Below, piece after piece: positions 12,979 to 26,237 of a stretch of 64,000 bases of DNA. The DNA is from Callorhinchus milii (lineage: Eukaryota): NCBI RefSeq assembly GCF_018977255.1, contig NW_024704770.1, positions 3,286,001-3,350,000 of the forward strand, in the 5' to 3' direction. Position numbers and translations under genes: made by a program. The notes under the pieces were generated by a model, which did no database searches, was not told where the DNA came from, and saw only the letters and a program-made list of their open reading frames with translations. How positions within the stretch are numbered: the first letter of the stretch is position 1; each line of letters opens with the position of its first letter.

Positions 12979-15124
12979 CTCTTTATCATGTCTCTTCCTC
13001 CTCCCCATCCCAGCCTACTTGAATCTCTCATTTAACAAAAAGCTCCTTCCCCCGAGTGTACAGCAAAGTGCTATAAATTATACATCATGTTTCTCGTAGG
13101 AAGGAAAATGCTTTGAATTAAAATGAATCAGGTGAGACAGACCCTGGCATTAGGGACACTGTGGTTGACATAATCATGTAATTGGAAAAAATCATGGGTG
13201 AATGAAGATAGTGGTCAGGAAGTGGCTGGGAATTCTGACCATCAGAGCACAGCAGCACTGTACCAGGTGTGTGAGCTGAACCCTGCTTTTCTGCTCGTTC
13301 AGTTAGTTTGATGAAAGATAAGGGCTCAGGCTAAAATCCTGTTAGCTTATCTCAGTTGCTCGCACCCTCACCTGTGGATCAAGAAGCCTGTGGATTCATG
13401 CCTGACTTCAGGACTTTGAGCAGACAGTCCCAGCTGACACTCTGGCCAGTACTGGGGGAGCGGTGCATTGTCAGAGGTGCCATCCTTTGGATGAGATGTT
13501 AATCTGAGCAGATGGACATGACAGATCCTGTAGAATCCAATTTCTCCTGGTTTTTTGGCCAACAGATAAATTGGTCCTTCACTTCAAGGCTGTTTGTGCA
13601 CAAAATAGTTGTGGGTTTGATCTACGAATACAGTCACTGCACCACAGTTGCAAGCGGGGGAGGATGTTCGAGATGTTCCAGCATTATTGGCGCTGCATAA
13701 AAACTCGGCCAAATTACATGCAGAGCTTTCTAGGTTGTGTTGGCTCATGCTGCTCAAGGCTCTCCCTCCTCGCAACTCTGCCACACTTAATACTGATTGC
13801 ATTGGTGTGTTTAATGGCTTCAGTCCTTCATTGCAGACATTTTCCGTCAAACGTCACTCGCTCCCATTGTATTTTAATGAACTGTAATCTGACAGGGCGT
13901 CCATCTTTCAGCCACCAGAGTCCTAATTACTATTTAAATTTCAAACTCATTCTCATCTCGACAACTCCTGATGGTGCTGAACTCCCCCCACCGCACACTG
14001 ACATTCAGGGATTTGGACCCGAGCTGGGGGTGGGGGGATTGGGATCAGGGAGGGTGGAGTGGAGGGAGGGTGGCCAAAGGCTCGGTCGAAGAGGAGGGTC
14101 TTGAGACGTGCCTTGAAGGAGGCAATAATAATAATTGAGCATTGAAGTCATTACTGGAGGCATGCAGTTGGCTCATTAACCTGTGACCTCTTCCACCTCT
14201 GTTCCTCACCGGCAGGACCTATTTACAGGTTCCAATGGACAGTGTAGCTACCTTTAGCACCATCAACCTTCTAAGTAGTAAATGTGGCCAGTCAAGAGTG
14301 TTGTCAAAGCCTCTGGTCTGGTTCTCTGGGAGCTGGAGATAAACTGCAGTAACACTGATTGTTGAAGCTGCCTGAGAATTAGAGTAAGGTTAGTAATGTA
14401 TGTTTGTTGGAGTGCGCGTTAGCTGGGCAGCGCTAACCAAATAGCATCAAGATCACTATCTAACTCCAGCATCTTCCCTTCTGGTGACTCAACTCTCACC
14501 CTGCCTCAGTGGGGAGAGTGCTCTGTGGGTTCATTACTGTTAGAGGTGCAGTCCTTCAGACGAGACTTTAAACAGAGGTCGTGTCTGCCTGCACGACTTG
14601 CTAAAGATCATGAGCTCCCATTGGAAAAAAGAAGGGGGGTTGCCACAAATAATAATACTCCTCACATGTCATATCGTGCCCTTCATGTCAGGAGGATGTC
14701 TCAAAACGTTTCAATGGAAAATTTCAAGTGACTGTGTTGGTCATTATCAGTTGCACTCTGGTGTGGTTGTCAGCCTCCTCATGTGTGGTCGGTCTGTCAG
14801 AATGTGGGGGTGGGGTGGAGGCAGCTTTGAGCAGAGGCTTTGCTGGCTTGTGTCTCATTTCCAGACAATCCAATTAAAAGATGGCAGAAAAAAAATCAAA
14901 GGGCAAAGCATTCAATTAAACAGCCCTCTTCTCTGAGCAGGCTCGCTCGCGGCTTGAACGTCAGGTAAAGAAAATAACAGAATCCAGTTATTGGCTAGAA
15001 AGAATTGTCTTTCCCCGATCGTGTCTGACTTCTAGTTTCTAACTTCCAGCACTGGGTTTATACTATGTTGGGTCCTCCCAATGTGAAAGGCGCCATACAA
15101 CTGTCATTTTCTATTGTACCAGGT

Positions 15125-17087
15125 AAATAAAATAGAAAAGAGAATATAGAAAGTACAGAGGATAACTGAAAAAAGAAATAAGAGGGGCAAAGAGACTGTA
15201 TGAGAAAAGATTAAAGGCAGGGAACCCTAAGCTACCCTAAGATATCAAAAATATCAAGTGCAAAAAAAATCAAATATCAAATGCAAATGCAAAATGTAAG
15301 GATTATTATTATTTTATAAGTATATAAAAATAAAAGGTAGTCAAAGGTAGGGTGGGTCCAATTAGGGACCAAAGAGGAAATCTTCTTTTGGAGGCAGAGG
15401 GCATGGCTGATAACCTGAAGGAGTACTTTACATCTGTCTTCACAAAAGAAGAGGATGCAGCTAATGCCACCGTATTGGAGGAGAAGGTAGAGAAGTTGGA
15501 CAAGATAAAAATAAACCAAGAGGAGATACTGAAAAGGTTGTTGGTGGTCAAAGTAGATAAGTCACCCGGTCTGGATGGGATGCATCCTAGGCTACTGAAA
15601 TAAGGGTGAAAATAGCGGAGACTTCAATCTTTCAATCCTACTTGGACACTGGGGTGGTGCCAGAGGACTGGAGGGTTGCAAATGTTACTCCCCTGTACAA
15701 AAAGGGGCAGAAGGGTAAACCCGGGAACTACCGGCCAGTCAGCCTAACGTCAGAAGTGGGGAAACTTCTAGAGACTATAATCCGGGACAAAATAAATTTT
15801 CACTTAGAAAAATTTGGTTTAATAAAGGACAGCCAACACGGGTTTGTTAAAGGCAAATCATATTTAACAAAAATGATAAGAGTTTTTTTGATGAAGTAAT
15901 GGAGAGGGTGGATGAAGGTAATGCAGTTGATGTAGTTTATATGGATTTTCAAACAGTGTTTGATAAAGTGCCAGATAAGAGACTTGTAAGCAAAATAGAA
16001 GCCCTCAGTATTAAAGGGACAGTGGCAGCGGATACAGAAATGACTGGAAGACAGAAAGCGGAGAGTAGTGGTGAACGGTTGTTTTTCTGACTGGAGGGAA
16101 GTGGGCAGTGGTGTCCCCCCGGGGGTCAGTGTTGGGATCACTGCTGTTTTTGATCTATATAAATGACCTGGACTTGGGTACAGGGAATACAATTTCCAAG
16201 TTTGGAGATGATACTAAGCTGGAAAAGTAGTAAACAGTGAGGAGGATAGTAACAGACTGCAAGAGAACATAGACAGACTGGTAACATGGGCAGACACGTG
16301 GCAGATGAAGTTTAATGTGGAGAAATGCGAAATGATGCATTTTGCGAGGAAGAATGAGGAGAGGCGATATAAGCTAGAGGGAGTGAAGGAACAGAGAGCC
16401 CTGGGGGTTCATATCAGTAAATATTTGAAGGTGGCAGGACAGGCAGATAAAGCTGTTAAAAAAGCATCCGGAATACTTGGCTTTATAAATAGGGACATAG
16501 AATACAAAAGTCAGGAAGTTATGGTGAACCTTTATAAAACACTGGTTAGGCCTCAGTGAGAGACTGTGTTCAGTTCTGGGCCCCACACTTTAGGAAGGAT
16601 GTCAAGGCTTCGGAGGGGGTGCAAAGGAGACATACCAGGATGGTAGCAGGAATGAGGGACTTCAGTTATCAGGAGAGGCGAGAGAAGCCGGGATCATCCT
16701 CCTTTGAGCAGAGAAGGTTAAGAGGAGTTTTCAAAATGATGAGGGAATTCAATAGTGTGAACAAGGAGAAACTATTTCCACTGGCGGGTGGGTCGGTAAC
16801 CCGAGGACACCGATTTAAAATAGTTGTTAAAAGAAACAGAGGGGAGGTGAGGAGATTTTTTTTACAAGGCAAGTTGTTCGGATCTGGAATGCATTGCCTG
16901 AAAGGCTGGTAGAAGCCGATTCGATAACAGCTTTTAAGAGAGAAGTAGATAATTATTTGGGGAGGACAAGTTTGCAGAGCTATGGGGAGAGATCAGGGGA
17001 GTGGGTTGAATTAGAAGCTCTTTTCAAAGAGCCGACACAATGGGCTGAATGGCCTCCTTCTGTCCTTTATAATTCTATGATTCTATG
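15125..17087 (+). mobile_element. CR1 LINE, 5'-truncated, frameshifted ORF2 (reverse transcriptase) pseudogene
   Basis: Fragments [56 protein letters not shown] and CVQFWAPHFRKD. Ends in a CR1-type (ATTCTATG)n tail at about 17072-17087. Confidence 0.95.
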
Positions 17088-18156
17088 TAGCCGACCATGT
17101 TCTTCTCCCTTCCCCATTGTCGGGTGAACTGAGGTTATTTTTACTCATTGTCAGGTTTTAGGCAATCTTTCCTGAATGGTTTCAGTCGACTGATTCACTG
17201 TTACCCATGACAATTTATTCTTTCTTTAGTATCGACTTGTTTCATTAATTTAAGCCCAAGTGGAGCTGGTCTTGGCTTCCCTCCACATTCCCTGACTGCA
17301 CACAGAGAACATCTTCCTATCCACCCACCTTATCGTAGGATAGCCTAGATTGCTTTTCCAGCCCTTATTCTTTTCCCAGCTGGAGTACAATTAACTGTCT
17401 TAACCTTTCTCATGCACCAGCACTGTCCCCACAGGCCAAGATGTTTTCGGAGAATCACGCTGTCATAAATACAAGTCTCGTCTCAGTGAGGATTCTAGTA
17501 CTTGCGGTTTAGCAGAACTCAGCCCAGAGAGGAGTGATATCAGGAAACATTTCTTCATACAAAGAATAGTGAGAATGAAGAACTCACTGCCCAAGAAAGT
17601 GGACAAGACCAATATAAAGAGTTGTTCTGCTTCTGGGCAGAGATGGTTTCAGTAGGATGACAGTGGCAGAACAAACCACACATATGTTTTCAAATTCACT
17701 CATCACCTGTGAGGGACTGAAAATCAGATCCAATATCGTTTATTAATGCCAGGTGTAAATTAGGTAGAAACACAAGTATATCACCACTCGGTACAACCCA
17801 AAAGAGAAAAGGTTTGTCTTGGTGTCCTGGCCAACAAGACAATCCTTCAGATTAATTGGTCATTCACTTCATGACTGTTGACCTTACTTTGCACAAATTG
17901 GCTGCCACGTTTGCCTACAGATACAGTCACTACACTTGGCAGCAATTCTCTGTGAGACGTTTTGAGACATTTCAACCGTATTGGCGCTTGATCAAAGGAT
18001 TGTTATTATAGTATTACACAGTATCTGCAGTGATTACTCGCCTACTGTTCCTTTAGGAACCTTCACATGCCTCAGTTTCCTATGGCATTGTTACTAATGA
18101 TCATCCGAGATCAAAGCACTATGTACTCATTGGGCTGTGGAAACAACACCACTACA

Positions 18157-18416
18157 TGTGGAGTCCTGTAGCTCAGTGGTTAGAACACTGGTCTCTCAAG
18201 CGAGAGGACCTGGGTTTGATTTACGGCGGGGCAAAACGTTGGGCAAGTTTCCTTACTCCACTCGCCTCTGTTTACTTAGCAATAAGTAGCAACCCGGATG
18301 TTAGTCGATTGTCGGATCGCTTTTCTAAGTCTAATAATCGCATTAAAAAAATACTAATTTCGGCAATCAATCCACGGCTGTTTGTGGCACTATATCAAAT
18401 GCAAGGATTATTATTA
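18157..18416 (+). mobile_element. Same SINE family, internally deleted copy
   Basis: tRNA-like head and body to ctgtttgtgg, joined directly to the cactatatcaaatgcaaggattattatta tail. Confidence 0.85.
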
Positions 18417-19443
18417 CATTATCTCCATATCTGTAACTGAATCTCTAACTTAATCCAGGAACCCAGCCTTTCGTTACAAGTCTGTGCACTCTGCATAGCA
18501 AGTGAGCTGAAAAAGGAGCAAATTATTTCAAGCATTAAATGTCACCCGAAGACAAGGAATCACCCACTAGAGATAGATCTGTCTGAACATTGCTGGGATT
18601 AACATCAGCAGCACAGAAACACCCCCAGTAAATAAGAATGAATCAGCTTATTTACAAAGAACAGTATTAGTCAGACGCTATTTCTGAAGTGCACAGGCAG
18701 CTGCCGCTCTTACACAGACTGATTCAACACCACGCAGCATTCACACTCGCCTCGGGATTTGTGTAACTATGGAGCAATGGTATGTGCCGTTCTTTCGGAA
18801 AATACAGAGATAGGTAACTGCACATCCTGATATCACAACAGGTGATTTTCCTGCATTTTTCCACTTCCACTTCCGGCATCACAAGTCCATGACTACTTTG
18901 AAAACCCTCTGAAAAAACAGTGAGCGTGCCTGTCACCACCCTCAAATACCCCTCCCACCACCCTCGCCGCCTCCTCCTCTGCTCAGTGATAATAATCCTT
19001 GAACTTGATATAGTGCCTTACCCCATCGTTGAGATGTCTCAACGTGCTTCACAGAATATATCATAGTGAAACTGTCTACGCATTTTGTGGGTGAAACGCG
19101 GCAGCCAATTGCGCACAGCAGTGTCCCACAAACAGTCGTGGATTGAGTGACTAAATTTTTTTCCTGATCCTCATCCGTCCTGTGACACTCCCCCTCCCCC
19201 ACTTGTGGATGGCGTATAGTATGAGTGTGAATTATTATGAACCGCTTTGAGGTGCTCATCCTATGTGAAAGGCACTGAGTGAGGGCAAATGGCCTTTCAG
19301 GCTCGATGCTAAATTAACGTTGGTGGCTCAGCAGCATCCAAGGGCAGGTTTGTTGTCGCGGTGATTAGGAAAGCAGCGTTGTGCAACTTGTGTGATGAGA
19401 TATAAAACGACTGTTCCTAAAATAGCCCAGCGATGAGCAAGGC

Positions 19444-19451
19444 TGACGTCA
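19444..19451. promoter_or_regulatory. Full palindromic CRE (TGACGTCA)
   Basis: Exact consensus in non-repetitive sequence; function untested. Confidence 0.4.
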
Positions 19452-19923
19452 CAACCCAAAAGGTCACTGGCAAGCCTGTGGGAAGGTAAAAATGTTGGAG
19501 CGCCAACTTAAAGAGAAAACGGCAGGTGACTGGCAAATGAATTTTTAATCGTTTTGAAGTGTTTTTTTGTCACGCGACAACGCTTTTCCTGTGTGCTGTA
19601 AGTGGTCTGTGCGGTTCCGGAGCCTGATACTGCTCTGCGCTAATGCTGATCTCACACTGAGACAAGAGGAAATTTCAAGAGCTGCTAGGTGCACAGGAAT
19701 ATCTTCCCTGAGTTTTATCTGTTTTGATTTCTTTTTCAGCATTATCTGATTTCTTCACACAAACGACCCACGCACACACACAGAAAGAGCTGTGAGAATC
19801 CCCAACAGGCTGTTCTTGAAGTCATGAGATACGGATACTCTCTCTCCCTCTCTCTCTCATTCAAGTAGTTCGGTTTGAACATGTTTGCCAGGTTTTCAGT
19901 ATATTGATAGCCATATAATATTC

Positions 19924-20288
19924 TAATAATAATCCTTGTATTTGATATAGCGCCTTATCACGTCTTCGAGACGTCTCAAAGCGCTTCACAGAATATCCTG
20001 TAAAGTGAATTGATTGTGTATTTTGTGGATAAAACACAGTACCCAATTGCGCACAGCAGTGTCCCACAAATAGTCGTGGACTGAGTGACTACATTTTTTT
20101 TTAAGAGAGTATTACCCCCGGAAAAGCGAAAGGCCAATCGACTGACAACTGGGTTCCTACTTCCTGCTAGGTAAACAGAAATTGTGAAATAAGGAAACTT
20201 GCGCAAAGCTTCGCTCTGCCCAGGAATTGAACCCAGGTCCTCTCACTTGCAAGGCGAGTGCGCTAACTACTAAGCTAAGAACTCCACA
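19924..20288 (-). mobile_element. Full-length tRNA-derived Deu-domain SINE (SINE2-1_CM-like), L2-type tail
   Basis: Head tgtggagttcttagcttagtagttagcgcactcgccttgcaagtgagaggacctgggttcaattcc carries A/B boxes and a TGC anticodon-like loop. Deu core ctgtgcgcaattgg; tail ggcgctatatcaaatacaaggattattatt. Confidence 0.9.
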
Positions 20289-21834
20289 TATAAAAGAAAA
20301 AAAATATTTTTGCAAGATTATGGCGATAGTGGCCACAAATCCAGAATTCCAGGCTTGGAATTTAGCCCCTCTCCCCAACTTCACTGTTGGTTTTGATAGT
20401 TTTTAGATCCTACTGTATTTGGAAAATAACAATAAACAGTTCAAAATGGATAGTTCAGTCGCACACACTGAATACAATTCATGCTTCAGGAAGCTAAGAG
20501 CTGGTTCCTGCTTCTTTCCTATCTGTTTCCTAACATCACTGTAACTGACCGCAGGCAGATTAGCCTGTGGTTACAATAAGACTTGCATTAAGACAATAAG
20601 ATTTGTATAAGATGTCTCAAAGCACTTCACAGAATATAATGCAAAGTGCAGTGACTGTGTATTTGTAGGCAAATGCGGCAGCACAATTACACGTAGCAAT
20701 GTCCCACAAATGTCCAGGAAAAGAAAGAATGACCAATTTTATTTGGGGGAATTGTTGGCGAGGACACTGGGAGAAACTCCATTCTCTTTTGAATACTGCC
20801 ATGGGATCTTTAATGTCCACCTGAACAGTCTCAACCGAATGACAGGTTCAGTCACAAAGGAAATAAAGACTGGTCTCATATCATCTCACGGCACCCAGCA
20901 TTCGTTCAGTCAAAGAGACTGGGTTTAAAGTCCATCCTCGGAACAAGCTGTTATTCTGTAAATAGAACAGCCAGAAAATCCAGCGTGGTAAATCAATAAC
21001 ATGCCAGCGGAGAGCAAGGCCGGCTCAAGTACCTCACAGTACTTATTGACCCCAGCAGACTGCCTGGTTTTCCCATCCCTGACTATGAAATCTCCTCCCG
21101 TATTCCAGGACTGACCGGCAGACTCGACTCCCTTTTTCCACTGTCCATTTTCTTCCCTCATCCAAAGTTGCTAAATTAAGCGGCTCCCCCCACCCCCAGC
21201 CAGGCTTGTTGTATGAAAGCAGAAAGGAGTGTCAAGGGGAGAGCAGGATCCTGGGCACAGTCTCATTTTCCAGCAGTGATGGGAAAGTGTGGTTCAGCCT
21301 TATCTCCAGCCTGTTGACATTCGAGCGAGACTTGGCGTCTGTGTGTCCAGCGTTATCTATATCTTCCGCACTAAACTGGCACTTTGCGACCACAGCAACA
21401 CTCCTGCATGAGTGGCAGTCACAAGGAAACAGTGCAAATACCGTTTCACTTACCCCCTCAGTCTGAAACAAAAGCCAAATGAGAACACACTGCTGTGTGG
21501 CTGACACTGGCCTCCCAGATATTGAAACAAAACACATTCACTTGGATGTATGGCGGCCTAATTAACAGCAAGTAATGAGTGTTTATTCACTGTTACCTGG
21601 TTCCCACACCGTGCAACCTCTACAACATTACACCCCATTACAGCCAATCGACACTGCATCCACGTAACAACAACTTGGTTTATATAGCAGCCCTCACGCA
21701 TTGTAGCGTCCCAGAGCGCTTCACAGACCCTAGACTCTACAAAAAAACACAGCTTGTACCCTCAGATTAAGAAAGAATTTGTCTTCGGTGGCTCCTTAAC
21801 AAGCTGAAATGTCTCAACGTGTCGTTTCACAATC

Positions 21835-22350
21835 AAGAACATAAGAACTTAAAGACCGTAATCACATCGGCCCTCAACCTTCTCTTCTCCAGCACGAGCA
21901 TGTCCAGTTTACCTAATCACTCCTTGTAGTCCAGTTCCTCGATCCTCAATCATATTGGTTGCCCTCTATATCCGCTCAATCGCTGCAATATCCTTTTGCA
22001 GTGCGGTGACCAGAACTGCACACGGTATTCCAAGTGCGGTCACACCAGTGATTTATAAAGTGGCAGGATTACCCCACTATTTTGGCTCAATATTGCCTTT
22101 TTAATACAACCCAGCATCTGGTTTCCCTTACTCACTGCTACCGAGCACTGTTGGGACAGCTTCACTGGGGACCCCCAGGTCATTTTCATTTTCCGTACAG
22201 ATTATTTTCTTCGCATTTAAATAATAATCCCTTCCTGGATTTTTTTTTTTTGGCCCCATGTGAAGCGCTTTGCATTTCCCTACATCCAATCTCACCTGCC
22301 ATCGATCTGCCCAATTCCCAAGAATGTTCAAGTGTAGTGACTGTTTCATA
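21835..22350 (-). mobile_element. CR1 LINE fragment (older/different subfamily)
   Basis: Minus-strand WADRWQVRLDVGKCKALHMG...ENDLGV. gcggtgaccagaactgcacacggtattccaagtgcggtc corresponds to the RPHLEYxVQFWSP region. Tail remnant aagaacataagaac. Confidence 0.85.
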
Positions 22351-23375
22351 AGAAAAAACGGCGGCGTTATCTAACCTGTGCTGCATTATGACCTGGGAGA
22401 ACTGGATGGGATACTGTCAAGGGAGCTTCATCCTGTTATTAACCAGTCACCTGCTGAGAGAGAGGACAACACACAGTGGCCTTATGTGGTAGCGTTCAAT
22501 ATATTTTGTTTTAAAGAGATCATCCAATGACCAATCACTAATCTGTAGACATTCCGCTGGAAAGTTTTCATTCCCACCCCACCCAAAACTGTATCATTAA
22601 AAATACATATTGTCACATCAACAGGAAGCTAAGCTAACTGCATGGCAACAATGTGCGACCCAGCAAGCAAACGGCTCGGGGCAGAGCCATCACTGAGAGA
22701 AGAAATCAGCAACATCTGTAGGGAGGGAGTGAGAGATCAGCACATCTGGAGAGAGGGAGGGATCAGCACATCTGGTGGGTGTGCGAGAAAGAGAGAGGGA
22801 GAGAGAAAACGAGTAAGATCAGCAATAAATGTCGAGAGTCCCAGCACAGCAGGATGTTCCTCTTCAGCCAAGACAGGAGTTTGTACGTACAGCTTCCTGG
22901 CAAATTTTAACTTCCCAGTTCTGGTCCGATCAGATTGCAGGGCAACGTGTAGCCGAGCTCCTTACTAAGAAGCGCTGACCTCAGAGAGCTGTAAGGAACT
23001 ACGCACGGTGAAGAGGCGTGTCGTGCACCTCGCCGCACCCTCACGAGCAGTTACAATACACGATTTCGCCCTTCACACCAATCCCGATTGTGGTTTAAAC
23101 ATGTTCTCCGCGCAGTCAGACACTGCTTATCTTTGATCCCTGGTCATCTTGCCCAAAATTCCGCCTGGCCTTAGCCTCCGAGACGGTTTTGTCCTCAAAT
23201 TTAGCACTGTGCGGGAACTGGATAATCGGTCAATTCAATAATTATTTGAAATCCGCAGTTCATAAATTAACACTGAAATGAAGATTTCTCCAGAATTCTG
23301 CACAATCTTGAGTTTCAGTAGAAAAGTGGTTAAGACTGGCTGAGACGAGGTGCACTGTTGAGCTTCTAATGGTAA

Positions 23376-23640
23376 TAGAATCATGGAATCATACAGCACA
23401 GAAGGAGGCCATTCGGCCCATCGTGTCTGCGCCGGCTCCTAAAAGAGCAATCCAACTCAATCCCACTGGCCCGCTTTCTCTCCATAGCCCTGCGATCCCG
23501 TCCTCCCCAAGTACCCATCTGCTGCTCTCTTAAAAGTTGTTATTGAATCGGCTTCACTACCCTTTCAAGTAATGCATTCCAGATCCCAACAACTCGCTGG
23601 GTGTAATTTTTTTTCCTAACCTCCACTCTGTTTCTTTTAA
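23376..23640 (-). mobile_element. CR1 3' end fragment
   Basis: Reverse-complement similarity to 16830-17087 (atagaatcatggaatcatacagcacagaaggaggccattcggcccatc). Confidence 0.85.
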
Positions 23641-24732
23641 CCGCTAATAATAATAATAACTATAACGTTTCACCCACAAAACATAGTCAGTTCACTTTAC
23701 AGCATATTCTGTGAAGCGCTTTGAGACATCATCTAGAAGAGGTGCTAAGGCGCTATATCAAATACAAGGATTTTTTTGATTATTTTATACGGCATCTTCC
23801 AATAAACGGTAAAATAAACATCTTGAAGCGCTTTACACAACAGACTCGTTATAAATGAGAGGGTGTAGTTACACCGGCATAGAGAGTACTCAGTTGTGGT
23901 GCCTTCCGTTGCAGATTGCAGACTGCAGTGCGGAGTGTGGCAATATGAGACAGTGCTACTCTTCCGTCTCTGTGCTCTGTGTAAGGGAGAATAAATAATG
24001 AGACCTACTTCCAGCAAGCCTGGAATAAGGTGAAAGATCAGCTTGCACAGCATGTTATTTTCTAGCACACCATATACGACAACAACTTGTATTTATGTAG
24101 CGCCTCTCACACAGGGTAGCGTCTCAGAGTGTTGCCTCCCAATGTATACACTCTTCTGTAGGAGGAATGAAGATAGAGCAAACAATCTACATCAGAATAT
24201 TTCTCATTCTCCCCCTTGCTATAGTCATGGAACAAAAACCATAGGACACAAGCTGCCATTTCAACTGGTAGCAATCTTTCCCATTCACCCGGATTCCGTG
24301 TGTAAATCACCAAGAGGCCAGCGATCACAAAGACCCTGTGAGCTTCTGATCCTTTTGGGACTACAAGCAGTGTTGCTTCTCAAATGCAGCATTCAGCCAT
24401 TCCTTGTTCAGGAGTTAGACTGATGCAGTTTTCACTGCAAGTTATGTCTGCTCGCTCCTCTCCCCAGCCCCAGCATCGCTTCAGGTTTGCTAGTTTTATG
24501 TTAACACCCGCTGGTGGTGTGATCACAGTTTAATCCAAATACCCATTTGATGTCACACTGTACAACAGGTGAGGAACGTGCTGCCCGCTCGCTCTGACAG
24601 TGCAATGCTCCACATGGCAGCTGTGCTCTGTCCACAGTGAAGTGCCCACCAGCCTCAAGTACGCCGAGACACCGTCTGGCGTGAAAGGCGCTATATAAAC
24701 ACAATTGTTGTTGCTGAGCAGTGGAAATTCGA

Positions 24733-24961
24733 GAGGCCCTAGGATTCCACCTCGTCTTAGCTTGCGAGACTGTTTTTCCTCCTTAAAATTGGTGTGGAAT
24801 TGTGGAAAATTCTTTAATTCGGTCTTACATTGGAGGCCAGTTTTCCGTAGTTCTTAAAGAAACTTCCAAATTAAGACTGGATTTAAGGATTAAGTTGTGG
24901 CATCTAAAACAGTGAGGTAAAAGGGTCTCACAGGCTGAGACAAGGTGGAATGTTAAGCCTC
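24733..24961. mobile_element. Palindromic MITE-like element (~48-bp imperfect terminal inverted repeats plus internal inverted arm)
   Basis: Left arm gaggccctaggattccacctcgtcttagcttgcgagactgtttttcctc; reverse complement of the right arm gaggcttaacattccaccttgtctcagcctgtgagacccttttacctc. Degraded relatives occur elsewhere in the window. Confidence 0.7.
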
Positions 24962-26237
24962 AAGAGCAGGAGGGGAGAGGAACAGAATAAAACCAGCAAG
25001 ACTTAGTTCCCAGCTAATTAAAAAATCCTGCTGGTTCAGTTCCTACATTTGCAATAAGTACAACGGTTCCTAACGTACGACTTTAAAATCTTTACATAGA
25101 CTCCGTCTTGCAGCACACGCCTGCTGTGTCAGCCGCTGAGCCAGACCCCACATTGCAGCCTTATACTTTCGGGCTGATTCTCAGTGGAGTAAAGAACGAA
25201 AAACAACGAGAGGGTTCAGAGAGACAGAATGCCATTTACAGTGCTTTCTTTTGAACAACCAAAATATCTGTTATAACCTTTGTTTTATTAATATAGTATA
25301 AACATGTTGATCCCTTCAGCCTCTTTCTTTTGGCACGTACAGCATATATAATAAAATGTTTATCATGAGATCTGGGGTGGGAACAGCTTGAACCAGGCTG
25401 CTCAAAGAGGCAAATACCTGCTACCTACCACCTAGGAAGTGAGGTCTAATTCCACTGGTCTCAGGCTGCTGCAGAATTGTGGAAAATCCTTAAACCCTGT
25501 CTCAATTTGGAAGCTGGTTGCTCTTAACACCTGCGGAAAAACAGCTTCCAAACCAAATCAAGTCTGAATTGAGGATTTTTTTTTACACCTGAAGCCATGA
25601 ACGCGGGCAGCACTGTGACAGAACTCTAAAAGCAATGTACTTCAGGCTTGGTTTACTTCAGCAGAACATACAAGATTTTCGCCGCGATTGTAATTAATAT
25701 ATTTCTACATGCTTCCTTTTGTTCAACAGCACGTAAAAGCAGTCAAGCAGCGAATTTCAGAGAGAACGATGTGCTTTTCAGCTGGTTGGATGCTAACTTT
25801 GCTGAATTGTACTGTATAGTACTTGATTTTACTCCGAGCTTTGTTTGATGGCTCTCTGAGGTCCATTTTCCAGAGAAGCATCCCGAGGAGATTATTCAAT
25901 AACACAGGTGGCACTGTGGCCATTAATCTGATTTAAGGGGTGGCATTCACTTCAATGAGAAAAACAGTTGGGTTTAATACTCTTCAGAAAATAGAAAATA
26001 AAGTTGCAGCACAAACTGTGCACTGGTGTGCAATTTAAGAAACAAGGTGTAATTATTTCAGTTAAACCTCACTCGGACATCAGCTTGGTTTACTCTTGCC
26101 TCTGGAGTTGTCAGTTTTAGCTCCAAATCAAGGCTTTGAGCTCATGGTCTATGCTGACACTCCAATGCAATGGTTCAAGAGTGCTTCACCCATCCCTGCA
26201 ATGCCAGAGGTGTCGCCTTTAGTATAAAGTCATTAAA

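Noticed and set aside
18157-18230. tRNA-like sequence (also at 20215-20288 and 43791-43862, the latter two with a TGC anticodon-like loop)
   Set aside because: These are SINE heads fused to Deu-domain bodies, with a degenerate cloverleaf; not tRNA genes.
18724-21537. Minus-strand exon-like ORFs at 18724-18945, 20925-21161 and 21232-21537
   Set aside because: Acceptor-like sites exist, but there is no recognisable product and no consistent phases or donors linking them to PDE4A.
25723-25923. Minus ORF with PSNKARSKIK...FSK, faintly like the PDE4D8 N-terminus
   Set aside because: The similarity is short and there is no convincing phase-2 donor.
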